DNA of 64,000 nucleotides from Convolutriloba macropyga (Eukaryota), in contig NC_134473.1 of assembly GCF_964194025.1 (NCBI RefSeq), positions 55,738,001 to 55,802,000 of the forward strand, in the 5' to 3' direction. Made by a program: the position numbers and the translations under genes. Positions 13,776 to 25,965 of this stretch are shown in pieces. How positions within the stretch are numbered: the stretch's first letter is position 1; every line of letters starts with the position of its first letter. The notes under the pieces are model-generated. The model made no database searches, had not been told where the DNA came from, and saw nothing but the letters and a program-made list of their open reading frames with translations.

Positions 13776-13850
13776 GCAACTCGAACTCCCGCGTAGGTAC
13801 TTCTAACAATTAATTTGCTTAGCAAGTCGTAACCACTAAGCTAAATGGGC
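13776..13850 (-). pseudogene. tRNA-derived SINE-like head
   Basis: Minus strand has TAGCTTAGTGG (A box) and GAGTTCGAG (B box). No cloverleaf. Confidence 0.4.
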
Positions 13851-15707
13851 TTTGTGGTAACAGCCTACAAACTAGCATATGTATGAAAAGTTTGCATACT
13901 ACTATAGTAAATATATGACATTATTCTGCCCAGACTTGTTTTTGGGACGAGTAATTTTCAGAATATACAGGATAAGTTTAGTCTAGGCGAACTCTTTGAT
14001 CTCAGCATAATCATAATGGAGAAAAACTGCACATGAATAAAATACAATTATTCTGGAGATGCAATGTTTCAGAACTGAACTAAGATTTTACTCTTGAAAT
14101 GTGCTGGATCAGCGCTGAAATGCTCTGAAACTCAACTCCGGGTTGTCGCGTTCTTTAGCACAACAATTTTTCATCGACGGCATAATAAGTGTAATTTTTT
14201 AACTTTTTGAATTATGAGGTCAGCCCGGGTTTTTAAATTAGCGAGGTAACCGTTTAATTTTTTTGAGCGGGCGTATTTCGAACACATGTTTAATGACTTA
14301 TGTACAGGAAATTTAATTAATCTACGTATCTAATATATGTACTTGATGTTAAATTTTTCCATTTTTTTGTTTTTTTTTCACAGAATAATTGAATTGCAAT
14401 ACTAATTTTGTCCGCGATTGTGTTGAGGAATTCTATACATCACCGTAAAAGAATTGAGATGGGGTAGGGGGTTTCCGGATTTATGAACAAAAATCTTTCG
14501 GCCATGTTCCCCAAATTTTAGGATTACATATGATCAAGAAACATCTGAAATGAATCAGCCAATAAATTGGAATAAGAAGCTGCTGCCATAGAGAAGCACA
14601 AATAATGCATAGATAGTAAACAAAGTAATAAAAGTTGCTGCTAGTTATAATAATATTAATAATAATAATAGTGAGTGCACCATTCAGTCAAAACACAACG
14701 AAAAACAACTTGTGGTTAAGTGGCTGCATTGCCCAACTTACTGTTTCAACGGGTTGCTCAACAAATCCGCTCTCATTTTACTTTTTTTGTGGCTGCTAAA
14801 ATTAAAAACAAATATGACGTCAGAGAATATCAGCTAAAGTGTGAAATATTGTGTGAAACAACCGAAATTTTTCCGAAAACAATGGAAGCCGAAAACAAAT
14901 TGTTATGATAGATTATCTTCGCATTTAAGTTCGTGGGATAGTTTTTTATGATATTCATCCAATGAAAAAGCGCATCTATTTATGATGATTTTTTCTCTTC
15001 TCAGTTATGGAGGGGGGGGGGGGGGTACTTAACAACTCTGGTCTCGTTTTCGACTTAGTTTGTTTTCAGTTTTGACAGACAACACGCTATTTTTTTGTGC
15101 AATAGGGACAGTTGTGCAGATTTGAGCAGGTGGCATTCTGATTGGTTGTTTATAACTTCTACTGCTTACCTGTGATTGCTTGGAACTTGGGACTGAGGGC
15201 ATCCAATAGTTGGTTTTCAGTTGTTCTATCAAGGTGTAGTCTTCATGTAAACTTGAAACCTTGAACAAAAACTACCAATTCACAATCTCTTTAATACGGT
15301 AAAAAATGCCCGATGTGTAAAAAATATCCAAAAGGCGTAATATTTCACCCTATTGTTGAAATTATCAGGAAGGCTATTTAGCACAAAAATGCCTAATAGT
15401 AACGAAAAAATAATAATAAAATTGAGTTAAACCAAAATATAGTCTTTACCATCTTGGTTTTCCCCTGTCTGGGGAGATCCAGTTCAAACTCTCTAATAGA
15501 TCCCAACCCAAAGAATAGCAGTAATATTTGACCTTCCTTGACGCTTTTAACTCTAAGAAGACTCTTAACTTTAAATTGCAATGGGTTGAGCAGTGATGAG
15601 TACCGAGCGAGATTGTAGCAAAACTAAAGTACATTGTTGTATTTGGCTACACGAGCAAAAAAAGTTTCCCTCACATCTCCTGTTTCTCTTCCCAGACATA
15701 CACTTAC

Positions 15708-15737
15708 AGTTTCCCGCTTGAGCGTATTTTGGAAAAC
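15708..15737 (-). CDS. Candidate 30-nt microexon (VFQNTLKRET, phase 0-0)
   Basis: GCTGTTTAG acceptor and consensus GTAAGT donor; frame-neutral. Continues the amphipathic pattern of the 75-nt exon. Confidence 0.55.
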
Positions 15738-16956
15738 CTAAACAGCTCTTCCAGAAATCATTTTGATTGAGTATCTTTTGTCTAACTTAAATTTTATTGA
15801 AAATAATGAGATCTCAAAGAACCAGTTTATATCCAGTTTATCTGTAACACAAAACATCTTTGCCAAAAAGTTTCATATGTAAATTTAGTTTATTTGGCCA
15901 TGCTTCTTAGAGTATGACAATGCTCAAATTTCAATCAAGACCTCATATAGAAGAAGAAGAACAAGTTTATTGAAGAACAATTTACAAAATTGCCAGACAA
16001 ATGAATATTTCCAAGTGATTTATCTATGGTCAACAACATAGAGTCTAGAAAGAACCGCTTATCTTCTTTATTCATCAGGAATTATCATGGTTTCAAAATT
16101 GCGAAAATGATGAAATGTACCTTATAATAGAAGAGGAGAAACAGGTTAAAATCAAACTATGATATGAATCTATCAAAATCAGACATGATACCACACTATC
16201 CGCTTAGGGATGATAAAACATGCTTGTAATACTACTGATAATTTTGTAACCGGCTGAATTAATGGAAGAAAAAAATGCAACGAATTGAATTGGGTATAAT
16301 TGCATCAAATATCTAAACAGTATGGAAACATCTCACACAGCCATTTTTGGTATGAAATTAGCTTAAGCGTTTAGGGTACAACACTCCCCGATTGCGGTAC
16401 GACGTCATCAAGTTTTGTAAAACTATTGTGTAAAATGTACAGACGCAGTTGTCACTTAACTATTTGCCATCCGGACTACAAAATTAGGATTATATGAAGG
16501 GCTACGGAAGACATTGGGTATTTGCCGTCTTAAAACAAAATTATACAATTAAAAGATGCCAACAATAGTGCAGAGATTTTTGACAAGACGCCAGTCAATT
16601 CTCTTTTTGTAAAACCATTTGAGTCAAGCTTAATTTCTTAATAAAATTTTGACCATTTTTTTAAAACAATGATAATTAATTGACGAAAACAAATAAGTTT
16701 TTATATGAGTTCAATTTGTAGGTCACGCAAATGAGGTATCTCAAAATCATTTTTGAAAATTAAGGTTCGGCATTTTTTCTCTGAATAGTTTCTCCGAACA
16801 TCAACCTAAAAATGAGCTTTGTTCCGCAATTATTTAAATTTCTCACTCAAGTAGGGAGCGTTTTTTTTCTGCAAAATTTTCATTCAGAAATTGACTAAGC
16901 GAATATTCTTTTATCTCAACTATGAAGCTGAAACAGGTTTTTCAGAAAAAACCTAC

Positions 16957-17031
16957 CTCGTCGAGAATATCCTGCCAGAACTGGTCGAAGTTGGCGAATC
17001 CAGCGAGAAGTGAAGTTACAGTCGACGAGTC
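16957..17031 (-). CDS. Internal exon, 75 nt (DSSTVTSLLAGFANFDQFWQDILDE, phase 0-0)
   Basis: TTTTGGTGTTTCAG acceptor, GAG|GTAGGT donor, GC-rich coding-like island, no stop. Confidence 0.75.
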
Positions 17032-17709
17032 CTGAAACACCAAAATGGCGACATGCGCAAAAATTAATCTCAAAAATTCAATTACATTGAATTGTATTGG
17101 TCCTCTTATTTGCTGAAGTTCAGCTAAAGTTTATTTGTAGGTTATTTGGGGTCAGTATTTAGGTTAATAAATATCAATTAAATTCTAAAATCGGTAGATG
17201 ACTCTGAAAATTCTGAAGACCTATCTTAATCTGAATAATTAAAATGCTGCTCAAATTAAGTCAAAACACCGCAGAAAGACTTCTTTAACCCCAAAATTTT
17301 TCTACTTAAATTCCTTTGATTGCTGTATTCGATAATCCAAACTTGAATTTTTTGAAATTATGTACTATAAGTATATTTCTGCAAAAAGACCTATCAATTT
17401 TGGGCATAATTTTGTCGGCATGTTTTGATTATTTTGTCTGATCACATTTTTGCAAAACTTGCATTTCAGCATTGGGCAAATTGTCCAGACACCGTATAAA
17501 ATTTACCTTTCAAAAGCGCAGCTTCAAGAAATGACGCATTAACAAATTAGCAAACATCAACAACGGAAACAGCATTCTTTTATTTCAGGCTATGTCTTGT
17601 CTAAGCGCCTGAAAAGATGACTTAAAAGTACGCAGACGAAGAAAGAAGAAGCGAGACACCGAATCTTAGAAGTTCAATTAGCTATTTCCTGTATTGGCGG
17701 GTTGTTCAC

Positions 17710-17742
17710 TCTCTTGGCAGCCTTTAGAGACTGAATGAGTTG
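17710..17742 (-). CDS. Candidate 33-nt microexon (QLIQSLKAAKR, phase 0-0)
   Basis: TGCTCTGAACAG acceptor and a weak GTGAAC donor; frame-neutral. Confidence 0.3.
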
Positions 17743-18326
17743 CTGTTCAGAGCATTTGACAATTCGGTGACGTAATAGAATTTAATTGAAGTCACGTGGG
17801 AGTTGTACAACTATACTGTGGAAGTTAATGATTATAAAATTCACAGAATTGACGTTTGAAATAAAGTTTGGAGTTAACGAATTCCATCAAAGTTCAAAGC
17901 CACATCGAATGAAAAACGCTACTGATAACCCGGATCATAGTAACATTGTAAACCAGCGCTGAATCACAGTATTTTTCAGTCTGTATTTTTGCAATAAACA
18001 TATCATGATCATGTCACTTTTTAGCAATGTTAACGTTTTACCGTCCGTTTTACGATATCAAAGCTGATTTCAGATCGAGGAAAAATTAAGTTTAAAAATA
18101 AATAAATACCGAAATCTCATGAAACTTTCTTACTTCAGACGTTTAACTTCAATGCTAGGATAGAACAGAACTCAAAATGTATGGTCTAAAAGTTGAAATG
18201 GTTGCAGAATCGTTCCTGATCATTGCAGGACATCCATTAATGAAACTTAGGCTATCAAAAATCAAGTTTGGTACAATAATACAGTAAATTGGACATGACC
18301 AGACAGAATTTAATAAGTTAATTTTC

Positions 18327-18572
18327 NNNNNNNNNNNNNNNNNNNNNNNNNNNNNNNNNNNNNNNNNNNNNNNNNNNNNNNNNNNNNNNNNNNNNNNNNN
18401 NNNNNNNNNNNNNNNNNNNNNNNNNNNNNNNNNNNNNNNNNNNNNNNNNNNNNNNNNNNNNNNNNNNNNNNNNNNNNNNNNNNNNNNNNNNNNNNNNNNN
18501 NNNNNNNNNNNNNNNNNNNNNNNNNNNNNNNNNNNNNNNNNNNNNNNNNNNNNNNNNNNNNNNNNNNNNNNN
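18327..18572. other. Assembly gap (246 N)
   Basis: Run of N; it could hide further exons. Confidence 1.
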
Positions 18573-19130
18573 TATGCTATATAATTAAAAAATAAGAATG
18601 TATGCTGTCGGAGTGGCTTAACAAAGAGGAATTAAAGTTAAATAGCAATCTGAAATCTTTGAATATTAGTGTTTTTAAAGTTTCGGACCCGTTGTTGATC
18701 TTAAATTTTGGCCATTATTTTTTGTTAGAGAATTGTTTGTGAAATGAAAAGCATTTCATTCGAGATACACCTGAGAAAACAGGCATCTTTTTGTCTATGA
18801 AACTTGTCTCTATCGACGAAAATTATACAATTCAGAGATTGATTCTGCTAAGAGATGATTCAACACATAGAATTTGATAAAACTTTCTTATTAGTAGCCA
18901 AAACATTATAATTGCTTGCAAGCAAAATCACAAAAATTGGGGACGATGGCAAAATAAATCTCAGCTACTGGACAAGAGAAATTGGTATAAATTTGCTTTT
19001 CTGATAATTTTCCCATTTTTTATCTCACTCTTGATTAAATTCTCAAGCGCTTGAGAATTTAAAAATTGATGCACACAGTATTAATCTTTCTAATCTTTTT
19101 CCGGTATCTCATTAGCGGAGAGTGAGATAA

Positions 19131-19881
19131 TGTAGAAATGGAATTTCTAACTTAAGCTATCTTAAGAAAATTAAGAAAACTTAAGAAATTATGGCAAAGT
19201 ACTAACCTTGGGTTATTTCTCAGAAGTTTCGAATTAAATTAGATTGAAAGAATAATGGCTAAGTAAGTTAGGACTTTAGAGGCGGTTTATTCAACAAATA
19301 TTGATTTTGATAAGTACTGACAATTCTGACTTTGTCTGAACTGAACGGATTCATAACCTTTGATGAAACTTAAGATTTCTCAGCTCAAATTAGAGGTTAC
19401 ATACTAAATTGGGGATGAACTTGTTTTAACCATGGGATTTTTTGGTACTTTTCGCATGAGATTAATATATAAAAAGAAATCGGACTTGATTATATCTCTT
19501 TTATTAAGTTTTGCGGAGTATATATACCGCTTGATTTTTGTACTTTCTTAGAGCTTCTTTTTGAATTTAATTTTGTAAGTGAAGTCTCTCCTTTCTGTTG
19601 GTAAGACAGAGAGTTCTTAGCTAGACTTCGGCGTGTTTTTGTTACAGTTTTCTTAGTAGGCATAAGTACTAGAAGTTAATTGGTGTAAGTTAACTTTTGC
19701 TAAGTATAGAAGTGTGCCCGTTTTCCTTTATAAGTTAGTTTGGGCAGAAGGTCTTTAAGAGAATTAAAGTCGCCTAGAGGGCTAACTTAGAGAAAAACTA
19801 AACTTAGGAATTATTTTCAAAACTTGTTGGAATTTAGAGGCTAAGGCCCCGAACCACCTTAGCTGATTTTTAAATTCTACA
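19131..19881 (+). repeat. 5' LTR
   Basis: 751 bp; about 15 differences from the 3' LTR counted by eye (~2%). Confidence 0.95.
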
Positions 19882-19882
19882 T

Positions 19883-19899
19883 TGGCGACCACAGAGGGA
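19883..19899 (+). promoter_or_regulatory. Primer-binding site (PBS), probably tRNA-Arg
   Basis: TGGCGACCACAGAGGGA lies 1 nt after the LTR and is complementary to a …GTGGTCG-CCA tRNA 3' end, as in tRNA-Arg(TCG). Confidence 0.75.
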
Positions 19900-20072
19900 T
19901 TATCAGAATTTGAAGTATGATTTAAAGCTCATGATTTAAGGAAAATGTGAAAGTTGTCTATATGTGATAACGTGAAAGTTCTAAGCATATAAATAAGGCT
20001 TAAAAAAATTGCGATCTTTAATTACCTTGCTTCGTTGTACTAGAACCAAAGTGACTTCAACTTCACTGAGAA

Positions 20073-20642
20073 ATGTCATCACAAGAGGAACTTGGTCTCA
20101 AACAAAAAGTTTGCGAGAGTATCACAAAGTGGGCGGACAGGGTTTACCAAAAATGCTATCGAGAAAATCTGGGAAAAACGGACCAAGAGTTGGATCGTCT
20201 GGCCCACTGGATTTTCATCAACGGGCTACAAGTGGAGAGCCTGAGGACGGAACTTCGTAAAGAGCCATTTGTGGGGTATGCTGTTACGGTGGGCTTAGCT
20301 ATTGACCTGGGAATCAGTAGTGCAACACAGCCTCAGCCGGTAACAATGCGGGACGATGATGATGATGCTTGGAGCACTACTGCGACGATTGGGGAACAAA
20401 ATACCAGAGATGCCAGCACACAAACGGAGATGGAGGTTCTCGAAGCAGCTTTCAGTCCCGAATTTCACTTCCGTTTAATTCAATTGGTCCTCTCTGGGCA
20501 ACAGAAAATGAGATGGGCTCTTGAACACTTGATGCAGGGACAACAGGCAATTGTTGGAGGCCAACAAGTTCAAACGAGGTCCCGGGTAGTATGCCAGCGG
20601 TGTGGTCAAGAAGGCCACTACAGTCGGGGATGCGCAAGATAG
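20073..20642 (+). CDS. gag: Short Gag protein (capsid-C-like helices plus CCHC zinc knuckle), 189 aa
   Basis: ESITKWADRV…IFINGLQVESLRTEL gag-like motif and C-terminal CQRCGQEGHYSRGC (CX2CX4HX4C). Intact ORF between the LTRs. Confidence 0.85.
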   Translation: MSSQEELGLKQKVCESITKWADRVYQKCYRENLGKTDQELDRLAHWIFINGLQVESLRTELRKEPFVGYAVTVGLAIDLGISSATQPQPVTMRDDDDDAWSTTATIGEQNTRDASTQTEMEVLEAAFSPEFHFRLIQLVLSGQQKMRWALEHLMQGQQAIVGGQQVQTRSRVVCQRCGQEGHYSRGCAR

Positions 20643-20850
20643 AAACGATTCGTGTGCAGTGTTGTCTCTCCTCGAAAGCATCAAAACAAAAGAACTTGCA
20701 ACTGTTTGTGAATACTCAGACCAAGGACTAACTAAACCTTTTATAAGTTCTTTTTTCTATAAATTTGTTTTACATTTCTATTTACTGATGTAAATCGTTT
20801 AACTATGTAATTATAATTATTCAGGAGAATAGTTAAGTCCGAGTGGGTGG

Positions 20851-21600
20851 TGAAGAAATGGAATTTCTAACTTAAGCTATCTTAAGAAATTTAAGAAAAC
20901 TTAAGAAATCATGGCAAAGTACTAACCTTGGGTTATTTCTCAGAAGTTTCGAATTAATTTAGATTGAAAGAATAATGGCTAAGTAAGTTAGGACTTTAGA
21001 GGCGGATTATTCAACAAATATTGATTTTGATAAGTACTGACAATTCTGACTTTGTCTGAACTGAACGGATTCATAACCTTTGATGAAACTTAAGATTTCT
21101 CAGCTCAAATTAGAGGTTACATACTAAATTGGGGATGAACTTGTTTTAACCATGGGATTTTTTGGGACTTTTCGCATGAGATTAATATATAAAAAGAAAT
21201 CGGACTTGATTATATCTTTTTTATTTACTTTTGCGGAGTATATATACCGCTTGACTTTTGTACTTTCTTAGAGCTTCTTTTTGAATTTAATTTTGTAAGT
21301 GAAGTCTCTCCTTTCTGTTGGTAAGACAGAGAGTTCTTAGCTAGATTTCGGCGTGTTTTTGTTATAGTTTTCTTAGTAGGCATAAGTACTAGAAGTTAAC
21401 TGGTGTAAGTTAACTTTTGCTAAGTATAGAAGTGTGCCCGTTTTCCTTTATAAGTTAGTTTGGGCAGAAGGTCTTTAAGAGAATTAAAGTCGCCTAGAGG
21501 GCTAACTTAGAGAAAAACTAAACTTAGGAATTATTTCAAAACTTGTTGGAATTTAGAGGCTAAGGCCCCGAACCACCTTAGCTGAATTTTAAATTCTACA
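20851..21600 (+). repeat. 3' LTR (preceded by purine-rich GAGTGGGTGG, 20841-20850)
   Basis: 750-bp direct repeat of 19131-19881. Confidence 0.95.
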
Positions 21601-21938
21601 GATAAAAACGCAAATTAAAACAAATTTTTATTCAATTAAACTCACTCTTAATTGAAACAACGGCTTTGAAATTCTTTGAATTCAAATTCACTAAAAATTG
21701 AATATTAATAAACAGAGTTAGAAAATGTGAAATTGAAAGAAATAAAATAAAGAATAAATAAGTAAATAATAATATTAACGTAGAAGATTATGATATTTTG
21801 AAAAAAATCAAACTAAATAATTTTTTGTGCGAGATTGCTTAGAACTCCCCGAAAACAACAACTTAATTTTAAAAAATAGTCTTCGTTTCTCCCAAAATTA
21901 ACTCAAACTTTTAAGGCTATGAAACAAAACCAACTAAC

Positions 21939-21986
21939 GTCAGCGCAAATTCTCAGCCCAATAACCGGCGAGTACTTTTGGCTCTG
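21939..21986 (-). CDS. Candidate 48-nt microexon (QSQKYSPVIGLRICAD, phase 0-0); alternatively a pre-miRNA-like hairpin
   Basis: CTCTAAT branch-like motif, tandem CAGCAG acceptor, GTTAGT donor. Paralogous to 10601-10668. Confidence 0.5.
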
Positions 21987-22853
21987 CTGCACTTAAAGAT
22001 GCCAGCATTAGAGTTTGCATGGGGGTATCGAAGTGGGGGTCTCAGGGAGGCTGTCAAGCTTGGGGGGTTCAGAGTGCTAAATGGTCCAAATCACAAGCTG
22101 GAGGAGGGTAGATAGGGGAGGGGGGGGTATCTGAGTGAGGGGATCAATCAAATTTTTAAGTTTAATGACAGCCCTTCACACTATGAATTAATTTGTGTCT
22201 CCTCAAAATAGTTTCAATGAATCGCATAGAGACTAGTAAGGCGTAGGGCTCTGAGAGAGCTGCTCGGCCACTTAATGTCTTCTGGGCTTTAGCTGTTTAT
22301 ACCATTTTTGACAAAAAAAACAAAAGTGTCAGATAAAAAATAGGTCAAGTAAAAAACCGCATAAAAAATGCAGAACTAATGTAGTTATTGCAAACTTTAT
22401 TTGAGAGCAGTCAATTACTCTTTTAAAAGCTGTTTTTGTTAAATAAGTTTTGTTACAGAAACTTTTTTAAGTCATTCTATTTTTTTGCGCAGCTAAATTG
22501 CGTAACTAAATAAGTGTAATTGTCACAAACGCCGTTTCATGTATGTTGAACGTGCATTCATTTGCAAAAACCGTAAACGGTTGCAATAGGGAATAGATAC
22601 GTTTTCAATGTAACTTAGACAATTTGATTGATGTTTAAAATTTTTGAGAGAAAACTGAAGTGTTTCTATTTACACTTTCTGGCGTCCCTTGTTGAATGCC
22701 TTCTCTTTATTTGGAAGGGGATTCTTATTACTATTGTCTTGATATCATTTTTTAAACAAAAAGTATCGTACTTTTGTACTTTTCTAGCTCATAAAAAGTA
22801 AATGCATGAAAATTTCAAAATTGAAAATAAATTGTGAAAAAATGGTTTAAATT

Positions 22854-22904
22854 TTTCAATTCGCTAAGAAAAATTGAGGCTCAATTTTCCTTAGCGAATT
22901 GAAA
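22854..22904. repeat. Near-perfect palindrome (25-bp arms, 1 mismatch)
   Basis: TTTCAATTCGCTAAGAAAAATTGAG-G-CTCAATTTTCCTTAGCGAATTGAAA. Confidence 0.9.
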
Positions 22905-24219
22905 CCTTTGTACTTTTTTCCCTTAATTGATTTAGTTTTTCCTTTGTATCTACCCGCAGAACTTTGTATGTGCCCGCTTTATATCTGTCCGCAAAAGGTC
23001 GAAATTAAATTTCATTAGGAGTTGGCACAATAAAGATGAAGAAACTTTCTCAGTATCATTAAGAACAATGTTCTAACATAAAAACTGACAATTTTAATAT
23101 CTCATATATAAATCATTCGATCATATACAACTCAGACGTTCTTTTTCGATTGATTCTTGTAACACAACTTAGATAACACAATTTTATTGCTGGATTATCA
23201 GGAATTCAGAAATGGAATACCATTTTTAGATCGGCTTTTTTACTTACACAATGAAAGGACAACTTTTTCGTTTTAAGACTTTTTTTAAAAAGCAGATTGG
23301 TTTTAGTTAATAAGAACGCAACACAAATACCACTCCTAAAATAAGCACACCAAATCTTTTCTCCTAAAAACAGTACCGGAAGGTAAATCAGAGATATATC
23401 CGACATGAAACAGGCATAAGGCGGTATTAGACTATATTATAGTCACCTTCAAATTTGGAAAAGGGAAGAACGCAATATCATTTGTTTGCTCTGGTCAAAC
23501 AAACTGACATTCCTGTCTTCTCATTTTCAAATCGTATCAAAGCACATGCTCAAAAAATTCAATGACGTCAGCAGAATTTGATTAAGCTCCATCTATTCAC
23601 CTAACCTACGCTTCATTTGGCAGAAATTATGAATCACTTTGTAATCAAATGGTATAACAACGGCATGTACCTATGGTCTGTAGTAATGATGCTTATTTAA
23701 TAATTTTTTTTTGCGAAATAAAGAGCAATTATAGCAGATATTAGTGATCACTGACCATAACCAACATCTTTTTGACTAATTTTTGTTAAAACCTGTTTAT
23801 CATTATAGCCAAAACTCGTATATCAAGACTTTTTTCACCGCCAAACATCTAACCTCGCAAATTAAAAAAAGTCATAATTAGTTGTTAAAAAAATAGTTGA
23901 GCAGTTTTTGTGGTAGGTTTTTTCGGCTTTATGCGTGTTCGACTTTTGGTTGCTCCACCCGATATGATGAAAAATGAAAATTTGATCAGTCTCTTTCAAC
24001 TGAAAATAAGTCTGAACAAAATGTAAGGTTGTAAAATGCATTGCAAGTGAGTTTATGCAAATAAGTTGCACATTGGGGCCAAATTTTCACGTCTGCTGCA
24101 AATATTAATATATTACTTTATTCTGGAAATTTATCAATTCATATATCTCATTTTAATATTAAAACAAGACGCGTTCTGACACAAAATGCGAGCAAAATAC
24201 GACACCCCCTTTTTCCTAC

Positions 24220-24224
24220 CTGTG
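24220..24224 (-). CDS. Candidate 5-nt microexon CACAG (phase 1-0) or AG|GT recursive site
   Basis: TTTGTCTCAG|CACAG|GTAGGA. Confidence 0.25.
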
Positions 24225-24853
24225 CTGAGACAAATGACGTCACAGCTTTTTCACATGATGCCACAGCACAATCAAGATTACAAGATTACAATTAGCTATT
24301 AGTTTTTGAACAACCTCTGTTTTTTTTATACGAAATACTAGTTTCCAAAATATCAATATTGAGATATGTATAATTATATCGAGATACGATTCATGAAATC
24401 TCAATACTAAATCATCAAATCAGAACTGTATCATAATATATGTCAAGGGTTCGTTGTTATTTAGCGATTTTTATTATTGTCTACTATTTGAGTAATGTTT
24501 ACAAAAATACAACACTGATTATAGTTCAAAGGCATTCAAAAGAATTTGAGTGGTTATCAGCCAAATAATGAAAACAAAGATTAAAAACAGGATGATAACT
24601 CTCGAAAGGCTTTCAATCACTTTCAATCACAGCCATTTGAGTGAAGCAACCGTTTAAAATGGATATGTTGAAAGAAATATACGTCAGTTCTGATTTTGAA
24701 ATTCAAATGGAATTACAACCGTCAAATAACTCACTCTTTGATATCAAAAAGCTTTGATGTCTAAGTGCTTTGAATGATTTCAATTTCAGATCATGGTACA
24801 ATGAAATTTCCGAAAATGGTACGATGAAATATATTAAACTAATTATAACTTAC

Positions 24854-24922
24854 CAGAGTCGGAAAAAATGCGCTCTGACGACGAGCAGGGGGTTGACAGT
24901 TGAAACGTTTGGCTTAATGAAG
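24854..24922 (-). CDS. Candidate 69-nt exon (xSLSQTFQLSTPCSSSERIFSDS, phase 1-1)
   Basis: Consensus CTG|GTAAGT donor, TAG acceptor with a weak pyrimidine tract, GC-richer island. Confidence 0.45.
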
Positions 24923-25319
24923 CTATCTTAACCATGTGTTAAATGAGTGGAACGTAACTTGTTTGCGAGGTAATTTTGGATAAGGGAAGGGGGGATTGTG
25001 GGCTTAAAAACTCTAAAAATTGTCTCCTTCAATTTGAAGCTTTGTGTTGAAGACCTCGGGCATTATCAGTTTCTCCTGCGAGGTTGCAAAGACAAAGGGT
25101 CAGACAAAATTTTCAGAGAAAAAAATTCGCTAAAAAATTTTGATCATTGAAAAAGAAGTTGCCTAAAAATTGCATCCAAAAAAATTCAAATAGAAAAAAT
25201 TATACAAAAAATTGCATATTGTTGGACTTATTGCTCTCACAGGCGAGGGGCTGGCTTTGGTAGTTGCTTGCTCTAGTCTTGGATCAGCACTATATCAGAG
25301 CTCTGATCGTGTCACTCTT

Positions 25320-25965
25320 TAGACTTGTCACTCTTTTAATCAAGTCTTAAGTCTTGGTAAATCTTGCGCAAGTCTTGGCCAAGACTTGACAAGTATTGAG
25401 CAAGTCTTGGTCACAATATTTTTCGTTGATTATTATCATTTCGTAGCAAAAAAGACCGCCGATTACAGTGGCCGGATTTCTCCTAAAGGAAAAAAGAAAA
25501 GGAGCACTCAAAAACGCGAGCACTTCTACAAAGTTCACTTAATAGAGAATTAAAAAAAATTTTGATATTGCCTAAAGATACCAGTAATGGCCACTCCTTT
25601 CTGCCAATTGAATACAAAATTGGTTTCGGAGTAAACATATGGGACATTAGAAGGTAATATATGATCGTATCAGAAATAGTTTGCCAGATTGACAAATTTA
25701 TTGTCCGAATTTTTAACAAAACAGCAGGTTTGGAATACGTGAATTATTTATTATTTCTTCTCAAAAACCTACTTTGCTTATATACTGCGCTATAATCAAG
25801 ATCTGTCAAGTCACGGTCAAGACTTGATTCGACTTGCCGAGTTTTCCCCCAAGACATGGCATTGACATGAAAAGGTTTGAACCAGTCTTCACAAGTCTAA
25901 AGACTTGAAATAAGACGAGTATCACAGTGGAGAAATAATAATCAAGACTTGAAACTGGTTCCGGG
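25320..25965. mobile_element. Degenerate EnSpm-type MITE
   Basis: AAGTCTTG/CAAGACTT short repeats cluster at both ends, mostly in opposite orientation. The right end is …CCGGG; the left terminus is unclear. Confidence 0.5.

Larger units (their letters stand above)
19131..21600 (+). mobile_element. Complete non-autonomous Gag-only LTR retrotransposon (2470 bp)
   Basis: Two ~750-bp LTRs (TG…CA, TGTAGAA/TTCTACA ends), 5-bp TSD GATAA (19126-19130, 21601-21605), primer-binding site, single gag ORF, polypurine tract. No pol. Confidence 0.93.

Noticed and set aside
2996-13850. Three tRNA-like segments as functional tRNA genes
   Set aside because: A/B boxes are present, but there are no intact acceptor or anticodon stems.
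15170-15259. 90-nt phase-0 exon candidate ending CAG|GTAAGC
   Set aside because: Only an AAG acceptor, and the peptide could be a retroelement scrap. Left out of the chain although frame-compatible.
24854-24922. hAT dimerisation-like motif (TPCSSSERIFS)
   Set aside because: No other hAT transposase sequence nearby; the splice signals favour an exon.
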